The position numbers and the translations under genes were made by a program. Shown one piece after another: positions 43,038 through 58,387 of a stretch of 64,000 nucleotides of DNA. How positions within the stretch are numbered: position 1 is the first letter of the stretch; each line of letters opens with the position of its first letter. A model generated the notes under the pieces. That model was given only the letters and a program-made list of their open reading frames with translations. It had not been told where the DNA came from and ran no database searches. The DNA is from Eledone cirrhosa (lineage: Eukaryota): positions 20,894,001 through 20,958,000 of the forward strand of contig OZ024761.1 of the NCBI GenBank assembly GCA_964016885.1. The letters are read 5' to 3'.

Positions 43038-44213
43038 AAAAAAAAAAAAATATTATATATATATATATAATATATAAAAGTACCAGTAATGTACTGAGTA
43101 ATAAAATAGAAACAATTATATATATATATATATCATCATCATCATCATTTTACGTCCGCTTTTCCCTGCTCCTTCTTCTTCTTCTTCTTCTTCTTCTTCT
43201 TCTTCTTCTTCTCTTTCTCCTTCTTCTTCTCCCCGCCCCCTCTCTTTCTCCTTCGTCAATATTATTTCATATTATCAGAGTATAATCTAAAGAAAAGAAT
43301 ACAAAAGACCTTTCCTTGTCCATTGTCTCCGACATTTCGGAGTAAAATTTTCCATTTCCTCTTCTTATTTTGGTGAGGAACTGTTGTAACTGTTCTACCA
43401 GAACTGTGACATTCTACTCAAGCAACATAAATAAACACACTTTTCTTTTACATTTTTACATTTTTACATTTTTACAATTGTTTTTATAGTTCTATGTTTT
43501 GTTTTTATAGTTTTATTATTCATCATTTTGGTTTTTTTATTTGGCAAAAGATGTAAAGCTGTAAAGATACATTAATACCACCACTACTACTACTACTTCC
43601 ATTATTAGCTGCCAAACAATGCCACCACCACCACCACCATCACCATCAATACTAGCCATTCACTCTCACCAACACCACCGCCAATACTAGCCATCCCCTC
43701 CCACCACCACCTTCACCGATACAGCTAGGCACCAGTGACATTGTCACTCATATATATATATATACTATATATATATACACTATATATACACTATATATAC
43801 ACTATATATATACTATATACTATATATACACTATATATACACTATGTATGATGTTGTCCAAGGGAAAGACAATGGCTGATACAGCTTGACACCAGTGATG
43901 TCGCAACTCATTTCTACAGCTGTCTAAACTGGAGCAATGTGAAATAAAGTGTCTTGCTCAAGAAGACATCACACAGTCTGGTGTCCAAGAACTAAACCTT
44001 ACGATTGTAAACCCGATTGTAAGTGAGAAAGAGATATAGAGGAAGAATCAGCCTCAGTACATGACTGGTACTTTTTTTTATTGACCTTAAATGGCTGAAT
44101 GACAATGTTGACCTCAACTTGATTTGAACTCAGAGAGAAGAGAGAGTCAGCACAAATACCATAAACCATTCTATCTGACATTCTAACAACTCTGCCAATT
44201 TGTTGCCTATAGA

Positions 44214-44417
44214 TTAGTATTCAAACTGGCCATATCCGGTCAGAATTCTCTCACCACTTTCTGTTCAAACCAGCTATAACCAGCCACTCATACCAATGTT
44301 AAAGTATTGTTATCAAAGTAAATAACATTAAAATCTCCTAGCTACGATATTATGTGAGATAAAGCCTTTACCGCAAAAAAATACAATAGTATATATAGAG
44401 TAATGTAAATGTTAAAG
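44214..44417 (+). mobile_element. P1 MITE, degenerate monomeric copy (single internal unit)
   Basis: ttagtattcaaactggccatatccggtcagaattctctcacc...gtaatgtaaatgttaaag matches the P1 body. Confidence 0.65.
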
Positions 44418-44842
44418 ACTTTAAAATAAACAGATTTCTATAATAACTGCAGGAGCAGTTTCAAGCAGTTTGTTACCAAAATGGCCAACCTTTGCAATAC
44501 TGTATTTCAAAGTTATAAAAAAAATTAAGCTGTTGTTTGGAACATAACTTAAACAAAGGATCTTCGATAAAATCATGATGGCAGGATTTCTTTTGAGATA
44601 AAATACAAACACTTCAAACTATACAGCTCTGTATCATAAAACCAAGAGGTTGTTTCACGAGATTCTGTATCAAAAGAGTTAAATAACAATTGAGATCCGA
44701 TTTATAATTCTCTGTAAATTTCCCGGTTGTCTGTTTTTTCTTTCATTTGACCAATAAAACCTTTTAACATAATCCTTTGATCTCCAAGACATGGATATAC
44801 AGTGTGTATATATATATACATATATATATATATATGTGTGTG

Positions 44843-44941
<99 letters not shown>

Positions 44942-45195
44942 CTTGTTGGTGGTGGTGTTGTTGTTGTTGGTGGTGGTGTTGTTGTTGTTGGTGGTGTTGG
45001 TAGTGGTGGTGGTTGTTGGTGTTGGTGGTGGTGTTGGTGTTGTTCAGTGTATTTTCTTTATATATACATCCACATGTATGCGTGTGTAGATATTTATGCA
45101 TATGTATGTGTATATACATACATGTGGATATATATATATACACACACACACAAACATGTATACATATATACATGCATAAACATGTGCACATACAC

Positions 45196-45243
<48 letters not shown>

Positions 45244-45303
45244 AAAAATGATCAAACAAAACACAGGAGGCAATTTTTACACACATATATATATATGTAT
45301 GTA

Positions 45304-45354
<51 letters not shown>

Positions 45355-45446
45355 TTGTGTGTGTGTATATATATATATGTATATATATGTGTGTGTGTGT
45401 ATATATATATACACACACATATATCTACACACACACATATATATAT

Positions 45447-45605
<159 letters not shown>

Positions 45606-46224
45606 GTTGTGTAATGTCAGTGTAACCTTCATCAATATGACAGTGAAGGAAGCTGGCTTAATCCCACCTTGAATCTGTTACTCCAGTTATTATCTCAAGT
45701 AGTAGTGGTGGTAGTGGTGGTAGTGGTGGTGGTGGTGGTGGTGGTAGCAGTAGTAGCAGTGGTAGTGGTAGTCATATCCATTTCAATTTAACTGACTTTA
45801 AAGCCAGATTATACTCCAGGAGGTGAATATTTATAGAAATATTTCTGTATCTGGAATTATCTCCCCCTTATCTCCCAGTCTCGTTTATCGTAAACAGGAT
45901 TTACCTGGGATTTGAACCAAATCCCGTCGAGGTTAATTTTGCCTTTCATCTTTCGGGGTCGATAAAATAAAGTACCAGTAATACACTGGGATAATTGCTG
46001 GCCTTGTACCAAAATTAGAAATAATAATAATTATTTCTACATGGCCACATTACAGCGTGGACTGTGTGTTTTTTTTGTTGTGACACCTACACAATCTCGA
46101 TCTCATTATCTCATTTATTTGGTACCAACTTTACAGAGAGAGGTTGGTGGGAGTGGGAGGATAGGGTAGGGGTAGTGGATTGGGGTGTATATTTGATTAA
46201 GAGGTGCCTACTGACTGTAGGTTT

Positions 46225-46858
46225 TGCTTTGTACATAGGCAAGGCGGGTCTTCTGTATTACTGCGTAGCGCCAAAGATCTCGGTCCAGTGACATTGTCTT
46301 AGAGAGGTGCAAGTGTGTAAGGTCGGAATTTATCAAATCGTCCCAGGTTTTTCTGGGTCTACCTACTCCGTAACTACCATCAATTTTGACTGCCCTGCAC
46401 TTTTTATGCAGCTGTCATCTTTCATGCACACCACGTGACCATACCAACGTAGTCTTCTCTCAAGTAAACAGCATCTGATCCCTCTTATTCCTAATTTCTC
46501 ACTTAGTTCATTTATGCTTTGCCGTTCATGTATATTACTATTATACATCCAAAGGAGCATGCAAGCTTCGTTCCTTTCCAGTCTACGCAGGTCCTCTGCA
46601 CGCAAGGCCATGTCTCACTGCCATGTAACATTGCTGTTCGTATACAGGCATCATACAATCTGCCTTTCATTTTTAGAGAGAAACCTTTTGTGGCCAACAA
46701 CGGTATAAGCTCTCTGAACTTTTTCCATCCCGTTCTGACTCTGGCTACTGTACTTTCAGAGCACCCTCCACCACTGCTGATTTCGTCACCCAGGTAACGG
46801 AAAGTGTCTACTATTTCTATAGAACCATCTGTGCAATAGAAGGAGCTAGTATCCTGTG
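46225..46858 (-). mobile_element. RTE-clade LINE 3' fragment (RT C-terminus, frameshifted)
   Basis: Translates to ...FRYLGDEISSGGGCSESTVARVRTGWKKFREL...GRLYDACIRTAMLHGSETW / ...[21 protein letters not shown]... / GRPRKTW. Confidence 0.9.
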
Positions 46859-47205
46859 CACATATATATATATATATACATATATATATAACGTATGCCA
46901 ATTGAGATGTCTAAGTATTAGAGACAAATAACCTTTATATATATATATATTAGAGTGGCCCTTATCAATAGGTAATTTTCTGGAAGTTAAAACTTTGCTG
47001 CTCTCACCCCCTAATCCTGTTCCAGTCAACAAAAAAACTGGGTGTGTAAAATTTCAGCTCAATCGGAGAACTGGTAGGTGACCCTCAAACACCTTCAAGT
47101 TGGAACATAGTATATGCAACAATTCATTCTGTTCAAAAGCTGTTCCCTATCTCCACCATTCTTCTTTGAGAAATTTATGTGGACACATCCAGGCAACCCT
47201 AGCAA

Positions 47206-47236
<31 letters not shown>

Positions 47237-47622
47237 GCCCCATGCTGATATATGTATATATGCTCCTTTTATCCTTGCTCTCCTTTTCTCGTTGCTCTCC
47301 TTTTCTCATTGCTCTCCTTTTATCCTTGCTCTCCTTTTATCCTTGCTCTCCCTTTCTCATTGCTATCCTTGCTCTCTTTCTCATTGATCTCCTTGCTCTC
47401 CCTTTCTCATTGCTCTCCTTTTCTCCTTGCTCTCCCTTTATCCTTGCTCTCCTTTTTTCATTGCTCTCATCCCAAGTGAAATCGAGGGTAAGCACTAAAT
47501 AAAATACTGAATAACTACTTACTATGTGACCCAGCGTTTCCGATGATTTCCTACGAATGAAACAGTTCTAGTCTTGTAGAAGCCATTTCTATATATAATT
47601 TATATGCACACACATACACGTG

Positions 47623-47665
<43 letters not shown>

Positions 47666-47987
47666 TATATTGTGTAAAATACATATCAAACCTACGTATG
47701 TCTTCCTAGGTACTCATATATCATCATTATCATTTAATGTTGCTTTCCCTGCTATTAAGGATATATCATCATCATCATCAACGTTTAACGTCCGTGTTCC
47801 ACGCTTGCATGGGTTTGGACGGGGGTAGTCCCACTTGAGGCAAGAGTGATTGTCTTGCTCGCATAGGACTGTCTGGCAGGTTTTCTACAGTTGGATGCCC
47901 TTCCTAACACCAACCACATTTACAGTGTGGTGTTTAGGATATATATATTAAGGATATATATATACATATATACATATATTATTAAGG

Positions 47988-48035
<48 letters not shown>

Positions 48036-48040
48036 GTATG

Positions 48041-48085
<45 letters not shown>

Positions 48086-48131
48086 GAAAAGTATAGAAAT
48101 TGTTGTAGCGAGAAGCTAACAGTATTCTATA

Positions 48132-48181
<50 letters not shown>

Positions 48182-48783
48182 CGTTGACATTCCTTTTGAG
48201 AAAAGAAGAGAAAACATCCCATTCTGTCGATTCTATTATAAATATTTCAACGTATTTCTATATTTTTATATATTTATATATTTTTATATATTTCAATATA
48301 TTTTTATTTTTATATTTCTATATTTTTATATTTCTATATTTTTATATTTCTATATTTTCCTCCTTTCACTAATAATGAAGAATAACTAAAAAGAAATCTG
48401 ACTAAATTTCTGTAAAACTTTTCAAATGAAGAGGTTATTGTTTGACATATTGTTGTAATGATAGCTTCTTGACAGGAATACTAACACAGTGGATTTAGTA
48501 AAAATATTGTGGAAATTTATGGCAGAAATATGTGGGGGTAGGGTGGTGTATGTGTGTGTGGGGCGTGTATGTGTTTGTATATCTGTGTGCGTGTGTGTGT
48601 GGTTGCATGTGTATATGTGTGATCTTTTCATGCCATAAACATATATCAATGATGAATCTCATCACCATCATCATCATCATCATCACCATTATCATCATCG
48701 CCATCACCATCATCATCATCATCATCATTACCATTATCATCTTAATCATCACCACCATCATCACCACCATCATCATCATTTAA

Positions 48784-49916
48784 CCCTTTAGTATTTAGAC
48801 CAGCCATATCCGGCCAGAATTCTCTCACCTCTTTCTGTTCAAACCAGCTGTAACTGGCCACTCATACTGATGTTAAGGTATTGTTCTCAAAATAAATAAC
48901 ATTAAAATCTCATAGATTCGATATTATGAGAGATAAGTATGTAAGGTAAAGCCTTTACTGTGAAAATACAATAGTATATATAGAGTAATGTAAATGTTAT
49001 GTGAGATATTATGTGGGGTAAAGCCTTTACTGTGAAAATACAATAGTATATATAGAGTAATGTAAATGTTATGTGAGATATTATGTGAGGTAAAGCCTTT
49101 ACTGTGAAACTACAATAGTATATATAGAGTAATGTAAATATTATGTGAGATATTATGTGGGGTAAAGCCTTTACTGTGAAAATACAATAGTATATATAGA
49201 GTAATGTAAATGTTATGTGAGATATTATGTAAGGTAAAGCCTTTACTGTGAAACTACAATAGTATATATAGAGTAATGTAAATGTTATGTGAGGTAAAGC
49301 CTTTACTGTGAAAATACAATAGTATATATAGAGTAATGTAAATGTTATGTGAGGTAAAGCCTTTACTGTGAAAATACAATAGTATATATAGAGTAATGTA
49401 AATGTTATGTGAGATATTATGTGAGGTAAAGCCTTTACTGTGAAAATACAATAGTATATATAGAGTAATGTAAATGTTATGCGAGATATTATGTGAGGTA
49501 AAGGCTTTACTGTGAACATACAATAGTATATATAGAGTAATGTAAATGTTATGCGAGATATTATGTGAGGTAAAGGCTTTACTGTGAAAATACAATAGTA
49601 TATATAGAGTAATGTAAATGTTATGTGAGATATTATGTGAGGTAAAGCCTTTACTGTGAAAATACAATAGTATATATAGAGTAATGTAAATGTTATGTGA
49701 GATATTATGTGAGGTAAAGCCTTTACTGTGAAAATACAATAGTATATATAGAGTAATGTAAATGTTATGTGAGATATTATGTGAGGTAAAGCCTTTACTG
49801 TGAAAATACAATAGTATATATAGAGTAATGTAAATGTTATGTGAGATATTATGTGAGGTAAAGCCTTTACTGTGAAAATACAATAGTATATATAGAGTAA
49901 TGTAAATGGTAAAGGG
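48784..49916 (+). mobile_element. Complete P1 MITE with ~14 x 72-bp (two 60-bp variant) internal units
   Basis: ttaa|CCCTTTAGTATTTA ... TAAATGGTAAAGGG|ttaa gives TIRs and a TTAA TSD. Confidence 0.85.
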
Positions 49917-49948
49917 TTAAATTCTTTTCTCTTCAGTCTATGCAGTAT

Positions 49949-50007
<59 letters not shown>

Positions 50008-51006
50008 TATGGTAGCACTAGTGAAGCTATCATTTAAAGAGAATTAGGTTATCTTTGATCCAGTTCACACTTCCAATTTGTTTTATTCCAAATTACACAA
50101 CTGAATTATAATCCTGGTTTATTGATTTGAAACAACAACAACAGCCGCAGCTAAAACAACAACAACAACAACCTCTACAAGAACCACAACAACCACAGCA
50201 ACAAACTCCACAATGAGAACAACACCAATCACAAGATCCACCATAACAACAACAACATCATCATCAATATCTCTCCCCCCCCCCTCTCTTTCTCTCTCTC
50301 TCTATATATATATACTACCATAACGCCACAGAGTACTCAATATTTAGGGTAGTCTAGTGGGTAATAGGAAAAGAGTCTGAACTCAGAAATAGCTGTTGAA
50401 ACGACCAGAGCTCAACCATCGGACTGACTCTTTTCCTATGTATATATATGTATGTATATAACAACCTCTATATATCTATACATCTCTCTCTCTCTCTCTC
50501 TGTATATATATATACACTATATATATACACTATATATATACACTATATACACACCAGTCATCTTCTCCAATGCCATAGCAACATCTATATACACACTATA
50601 TATACACACTATATATACACACTATATATATATACACTATATACACACCAGCCATCTTGTCCAGTGCCAACATCTGACATTTACAAAGTTCCTATATTGT
50701 TACATTATGACTTTTATATTTCGGAGTAGAAGATGGAGAAATCCTAACTTCCTGGTCTAAAGTATCGTTGGTTACAGCCTCCTGTAGCAGGGCTGCCATT
50801 GGTCAGTTTCATTTCTTAGTCTGTCATCACCATCACAATCAACATCATCATCATCATCATTATTGTCAGCAACGTTGTCGTTGCCACCGCATGGACCAAA
50901 TATTAGAATCACATAATGTAGGAATATGGATAATTAAACATACAGAAAACTTATATATAGAAAGGTGGTGCCCCAGCATGGCCTCAGCCGGATAGCTGGT
51001 ACAAGA

Positions 51007-51040
<34 letters not shown>

Positions 51041-51121
51041 AATGTAAAAGTAATAACAAAACAAACAGCACAGTACATGGAAGAAATATATTAGTTCAAC
51101 ACTTGAAATAGCAGGGAGAGA

Positions 51122-51159
51122 GTCTTAACGTTTCGGACACTAGTCCTTCATCAGAAGAC
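51122..51159 (-). ncRNA. Minimal type-I hammerhead ribozyme motif (family A), core intact
   Basis: Minus strand reads GTCTT-CTGATGA-A-GGAC tagt GTCC-GAAAC-GT-T-AAGAC, with a 5-bp stem I. Confidence 0.78.
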
Positions 51160-51274
51160 AGAGTTAGAAATAGAAGATAAATAGAAAGAAATGTGTGATG
51201 AGAGCAAGGGACGGGGAAAATGAGAAAAAATAATTGGGGAGAAAATAACTTTACACCTGTGTATTTAGTCAGCT

Positions 51275-51323
<49 letters not shown>

Positions 51324-51484
51324 GTGTATATATATATGTGTGTATATATATATATGTATATATATATATACACTACATACTTTATAAATAAATGGAACAT
51401 AGTCATGAATATGAAACCTATGTTTGGTGGGTGTTTTTGGTACTCTTTTCATTCTTAGTTTAGTTGTTTCCCCACTTTTACAGA

Positions 51485-51525
<41 letters not shown>

Positions 51526-51546
51526 ATATAAATATATATATACATA

Positions 51547-51604
<58 letters not shown>

Positions 51605-51664
51605 TATATATACATATGCATATATATATATATATACACATACATATAAATATATATATACATA

Positions 51665-51704
<40 letters not shown>

Positions 51705-52049
51705 TATATATACATATGCATATATATATATATATACACATACATATAAATATATATATACATATGTATATATATATATGTAATTCTGTATGAATTTCAA
51801 TTTCCATTGCTCATATTTTTGAAATAGAATCTTTCACAGTTGTATTTCGTAGAAACTCAATTATGAATTTCAATTTGTGTACTTTTCATTTTGAAATCGA
51901 ATCTTTTTCGGTCGTTCTTTCCTTACACACCTAATTACAGATCATGGCAGACAATTTGCCCCCAATTCCTCTATCTCTCCTTCTCATTATTCTACACACA
52001 CACACTCATTCCCTCTCTCTCTTTATATATATATATATATATAAAACAA

Positions 52050-52232
52050 AGGAAGTGTGGTAAGGAACCAGGTGGATCATAACGCACCAGAGTACTCAAT
52101 ACTTAGGGTAGTAGAGTGGGTAATAGGGAAAAGTATGACCCCGACGGCAGAGCTCAAGCCGTTTCGACTTTAGTCCAGAAATAGCCGTCGAAACGGCTTG
52201 AGCTCTGCCGTCGGGGTCATACTTTCTCCTAT
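52050..52232 (+). mobile_element. Hairpin-ended dispersed element; copies at 50320-50440 and 57550-57710
   Basis: Shared leader accagagtactcaatacttagggtagtagagtgggtaata, followed by a 39-bp perfect stem (52130-52168/52187-52225). Confidence 0.75.
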
Positions 52233-52344
52233 ATATATATATATCTGTTATCTTTATCTCTCTCTCTCTATATATATATATATATAACTCTGTTAGTTTA
52301 TATATATATATATATATATAGTTTATATATATATATGTCTTCAT

Positions 52345-52727
52345 CATCATACGTCCGCTTTTCCCTGCTTGCAAGGGTGGGACGGGTCCTATTCAGCACA
52401 GCATCTCTCCACTTGTCACGGTCCTTTGTCATCTTCTCCGTGAGCTTCAGTGATCTGCGGTCTGCTCTCACCACCTCCGCCCATGTTTTTGGGGTCTACC
52501 TCTACTACGTCTTCCTTCTACTGGCATTTCCTGGCACTTCTTCACTGAGCGGTCATCCTCCATGCACATCACGTCCATTCCATCGCAGTCTTCTCTCCCT
52601 CACACTACAACTTATCCCTCTTATACCCAGTTTCTCTCTCAACTCATCCATGCTTGGTCATTCACGCACATTGACATTGCACATCCATCGGAGCATGCTT
52701 GCTTCATTTCTCTCCAGCCATCGCATG
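52345..52727 (-). mobile_element. RTE-clade LINE 3' end, same family as 56999-57365
   Basis: Reverse complement is collinear with 56999-57365. Confidence 0.88.
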
Positions 52728-52744
52728 TCATTATTAATATTATC

Positions 52745-52970
52745 AGAGGCAGTGAATTAGCAGTATCGGTGGAGGGTCGGCTGCCATGCTTTCCAGCATA
52801 GTTATGTCCCTTTATGATCTGAGTTCAAATCCCGCCGAGGTTAACTTTACCTTTCATCCTTACGGGGGTCGATAAAATAAAGTACCAGTCACACACTGGG
52901 GTCGATTTAATCGACTTTCCCCTCCCCCAAAAATTGCTGGCATTGTGGCAATTTAAGAAATCATTATTAT
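52745..52970 (+). mobile_element. Second SINE family; further copies at 45905-46030 (+), 54028-54170 (+), 58433-58597 (-), 59972-60150 (-), 4690-4795 (-), 44055-44205 (-)
   Basis: Shared core gagttcaaatcccgccgaggttaactttgcctttcatccttacggggtcgataaaataaagtaccagt containing a B box. Confidence 0.8.
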
Positions 52971-53021
52971 TGTAATGTTTTTCTTGATGTCAGCCCTTGT
53001 GGCCAATAAAGAAATCCTTAC

Positions 53022-53063
<42 letters not shown>

Positions 53064-54187
53064 ACATTATAGATATGCTGCCATAATGCCATAACAATTC
53101 CACATTTCTTTCTTGACCGTTTCCAATTTTTGAAACCAATTTATTGATTCTTAGTTACGTCTCGTTCAAGAAACAATCAACAATCAACTTCTATTCCATT
53201 TTAATGGAACTGAAACAGTTTCTATAACTCACAGTTTAATGGAACTAAAAATAAAATTCTCTACAATAGATCTATTCTTGAAATATTCTTGAGATTGGTA
53301 ATAATTTCTAGCTTGTCCTCCATCATTATGTATAGAATTAATTTATGTAATGTTTGTAGAAATAATTTATATAGATATTAGAATGTCAGATAAAATGTTT
53401 GGAGGTATTTCTCCCAGCTCTCTGCTTTCTGAGTTCAAATCCCGCCAAGCTGGTTTATCAGTGAATTACCTGGGGGTTTTTTCAGCCTCTTTCATTACCA
53501 TATTTCTAATAAAAGACTGCTTGGGATTTCCAAATCTGTTTTTAAATAATTTTTTGAAATTTGAAAAGATTTAGTGATATAACCTTATATAATATAATAT
53601 AACCAGCAGAGAAGACAGAGTTGGAACAAATACCAGAAAGTATTCTATCCAAAGTTCTAATGACTCTGACAACTCACTGTCTTCAAAGTCTGTCAGTTTA
53701 TTATAAAGAAAGAGAATTATCTAAAATGACTCCCAAAATCCCCAAAGAAGAAATAAAACCAAACCCCCAATATTTTATTAATACAAGATTAACACTTTTC
53801 CCTGGATTGTAAGATTTATTGGTTTAATGGTTTATCTTTTACTTCTATTTATTATTAATCTGTCAGGTTTAGATTATCGTAAATAAGCATATCAATAAAT
53901 GTAATTATCTCTGGCTTATAATTATTTATAAGGCAGCAGCAACAGTAGCAGCAGCACATTTGAACAAAGATATATTTCTACAACAACAACAATAGCAACA
54001 ATAATAATAGTAATTATTATTATAACAGCATAGTTACGTCCCTTTACGATCTGAGTTCAAATCCTGCCGAGGTTGACTTTGCCTTTCATCCTTACGGGGT
54101 TGATAAAATAAAGTACCAGTAATGCACTGGGTTATTTGCTGGCCTTGTGCCTAAAGTAGAAACAATTATTATAACAATAATAATAAA

Positions 54188-55123
54188 CATAATATCTCAC
54201 ATAACATTTACATTACTCTATATATACTAGTGTATTTTCACAGTAAAGGCTTTACCTCACATAATATCTCACATAACATTTACATTACTCTATATATACT
54301 ATTGTATTTTCACAGTAAAGGCTTTACCTCACATAATATCTCACATAACATTTACATTACTCTATATATACTATTGTATTTTCACAGTAAAGGCTTTACC
54401 TCACATAATACCTCACATAACATTTACATTACTCTATATATACTATTGTATTTTCACAGTAAAGGTTTTACCTCACATAATATCTCACATAACATTTACA
54501 TTACTCTATATATACTATTGTATTTTCACAGTAAAGGCTTTACCTCACATAATACCTCACATAACATTTACATTACTCTATATATACTATTGTATTTTCA
54601 CAGTAAAGGTTTTACCTCACATAATATCTCACATAACATTTACATTACTCTATATATACTATTGTATTTTCACAGTAAAGGCTTTACCTCACATAATATC
54701 TCACATAACATTTACATTACTCTATATATACTATTGTATTTTCACAGTAAAGGCTTTACCTCACATAATATCTCACATAACATTTACATTACTCTATATA
54801 TACTATTGTATTTTCACAGTAAAGGTTTTACCTCACATAATATCTCACATAACATTTACATTACTCTATATATACTATTGTATTTTCACAGTAAAGGCTT
54901 TACCTCACATAATATCTCACATAACATCTACATTACTCTATATATACTATTGTATTTTCACAGTAAAGGCTTTACCTCACATAATAGCGAATCTATGAGA
55001 TTTTGATATTATTTATTTTAAGAACATTACCTTAACATCAGTATGAACAGCTAGTTAAGCCGGTATGGACAGAAATAAGTGAGAGAATTCTGGCCAGATA
55101 TGGCTGGTTTAAATGCTAAAGGG
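54188..55123 (-). mobile_element. P1 MITE, minus orientation, ~11 x 72-bp units, one terminus missing
   Basis: Ends TAAATGCTAAAGGG|ttaa at 55123. Array unit cacagtaaaggctttacctcacataatatctcacataacatttacattactctatatatactattgtatttt. Confidence 0.85.
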
Positions 55124-55500
55124 TTAAGGGTCTTTGCCACATTTCTCTAAGCTATATTATACATATCTCCACACTTGAGCAATGCACTCTTAATGTCGAC
55201 CTTATCTTATATACGATGTTTCAGTTAATTAATTCCACGAGGATTATGGCTACTTTCTCCTCCACGTCTATCCCTCAACTCCCACTTCACCCCACCCACC
55301 CCACCCATTATTCTACAAAGAAAAATGGCCGTCACAGTTTGACAGTTTTATTAGGAATCTGTTAGATCTGATACATTGGTGTTGTTTAAGTTATGGCTAT
55401 AATATTACACACCGCGCCATTGCTGAGTGGTGGGGAGGGGAGGGGACAGAGAAATGAAAATAAGCCTGTATAGAGATGATGTGTTTAGCTGATTTCTTTT

Positions 55501-55537
<37 letters not shown>

Positions 55538-55561
55538 ATATATATATGTATGTGTATATAA

Positions 55562-55603
<42 letters not shown>

Positions 55604-55697
55604 ATGATGATATGTATATATATATATATTATCATTATTTAATGTCCATTTTTCATGAATATATATATATATATGTATCTATCTATCTATATATCTA

Positions 55698-55735
<38 letters not shown>

Positions 55736-55784
55736 TATATATATATATATGCTTGTTTCTCCCACGTGTTTTTTTTATGATATA

Positions 55785-55905
<121 letters not shown>

Positions 55906-56479
55906 TATATATATATATATGTATATATAGTGTATATATATATTCTGCCACCCCCAACCACCCTTCATACCTGTTGCTAATATTCCTCTTTCGGTTCACA
56001 TATGTAATGGCTTCTGTCAGAAAGCAGGAACATTATTTTTTTATATATATATTTATATATTTATTATTGTTATTGTTGTTATTATTGTTGTTGTTGTTGT
56101 TATTATTGTTGTTGTTGTTGCTGTTGTTGTTACCTTCCGTTATTGTGGCACCATTGATTTATCACAATATTTGATTGCTTCGAAAAGTCATTGATTGTTA
56201 TCGATTCGAGTCGATAGTTTGTTGTACGAGGGGAAGAGAAAGAAGGGGGGTGGGGGTTGATGGACGGGGGTGTAATGGAGGGTGGATGGGGACGGGGGTG
56301 TAATGGAGGGTGGATGGGGACGGGGGTGTAATGGAGGGTGGATGGGGACGGGGTTTGTTAATAGCCGGCAAGATGATTTCTTTCTGATATATCTGGGGTT
56401 AACTTCCTATCGATCACCCCCCCCCCCCGCCGCCACTTCCAGAACAGATGGACGTTTGTTAACAAGACAGCCATCACAT

Positions 56480-56998
<519 letters not shown>

Positions 56999-57365
56999 GA
57001 GAAATGGGGCAAGCATGCTCCGTTGGATGTGCAGTGTAAATGTGCGTGAACGACCCAGCATAAATGTGTTGAGAGAGAAACTGTCTGAGAGGGATAGAAT
57101 GTAGTGTACGGGAGAGGAGACTGAGGTGGTATGGACATGTGATGCGCATGGAGGATGACCGATGGGTGAAGAAGTGCCAGGAAATGCCAGTTGAAGGAAG
57201 ACGTGGTAGAGGTAGACCACGAAAAACATGGGCGGAGGTGGTGAGAACAGACCTCAGATCATTGAAGCTCACGGTGGAGATGACGAGGGACCGTGACGAG
57301 TGGAGAGATGCTGTGCTGAATAAGACCCGTCCCACCCTTGCAAGCAGGGAAAAGCGGACGTAAAA
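56999..57365 (+). mobile_element. RTE-clade LINE 3' end with (GAT)n tail
   Basis: [43 protein letters not shown]...*, then the tail gcaagcagggaaaagcggacgtaaaatgatgat. Confidence 0.9.
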
Positions 57366-57386
57366 TGATGATGATGATGATGATGA

Positions 57387-57433
<47 letters not shown>

Positions 57434-57744
57434 TATATCTCTCTATATATAATATAGGGAAATATATATATATATATATATACATGTACATATATGTATA
57501 TATATATGTGTGTATATATACATATTCACATATATGTATATATATAACGAAGGAGGTGTAGTAAGGAACCAGATGGACCATGACGCACCAGAGTACTCAA
57601 TACTTAGGGTAGTAGAGTGGGTAATATGAAAATGTTTAACCCCGACAGCAGAGCTCAAGCTGTTTCGAAACGGCTTGAGCTCTGCTGTCGGGTTTAAACA
57701 TTTTCCTATATATGTATATATATATATGTATGTATATATATATG

Positions 57745-57809
<65 letters not shown>

Positions 57810-57812
57810 CTA

Positions 57813-57870
<58 letters not shown>

Positions 57871-58116
57871 TACACACACACACAAACACACATATATACT
57901 TTATTCCAATTCTGAGAGTGTTCCTGATAAAACAATACCTTATCTAAAAGCTGAGTAAATCCCAGGAAACTCTGACATATTTCTAACACAATCTACATTT
58001 ATATGGAGAGGGGGGAGAGGGGGTGATCCTTTGTTTTTATGGTTTGTTGTTGTTATTTTTATTATTTATTATTATTTTTTTGCATTTTAATTTTTTATTG
58101 GTAATAAAGTAGAAAG

Positions 58117-58387
58117 AAAGGTGGTGGGGCGTATAAATAGGAACAAAGGTGGTGGGGCGTATAAATAGGAACAAGGGTGGTGGGGCGTATAAATAGGAAC
58201 AAGGGTGGTGGGGCGTATAAATAGGAACAAGGGTGGTGGGGCGTATAAATAGGAACAAGGGTGGTGGGGCGTATAAATAGGAACAAGGGTGGTGGGGCGT
58301 ATAAATAGGAACAAGGGTGGTGGGGCGTATAAATAGGAACAAGGGTGGTGGGGCGTATAAATAGGAACAAGGGTGGTGGGGCGTATA
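58117..58387. repeat. 28-bp minisatellite, ~9.5 copies
   Basis: Unit gggtggtggggcgtataaataggaacaa. Confidence 0.95.

Noticed and set aside
48902-55006. 368-aa and 258-aa repeat ORFs (FTVKALPHIISH / YFHSKGFTSHN)
   Set aside because: They arise from a stop-free 72-bp unit inside a MITE.
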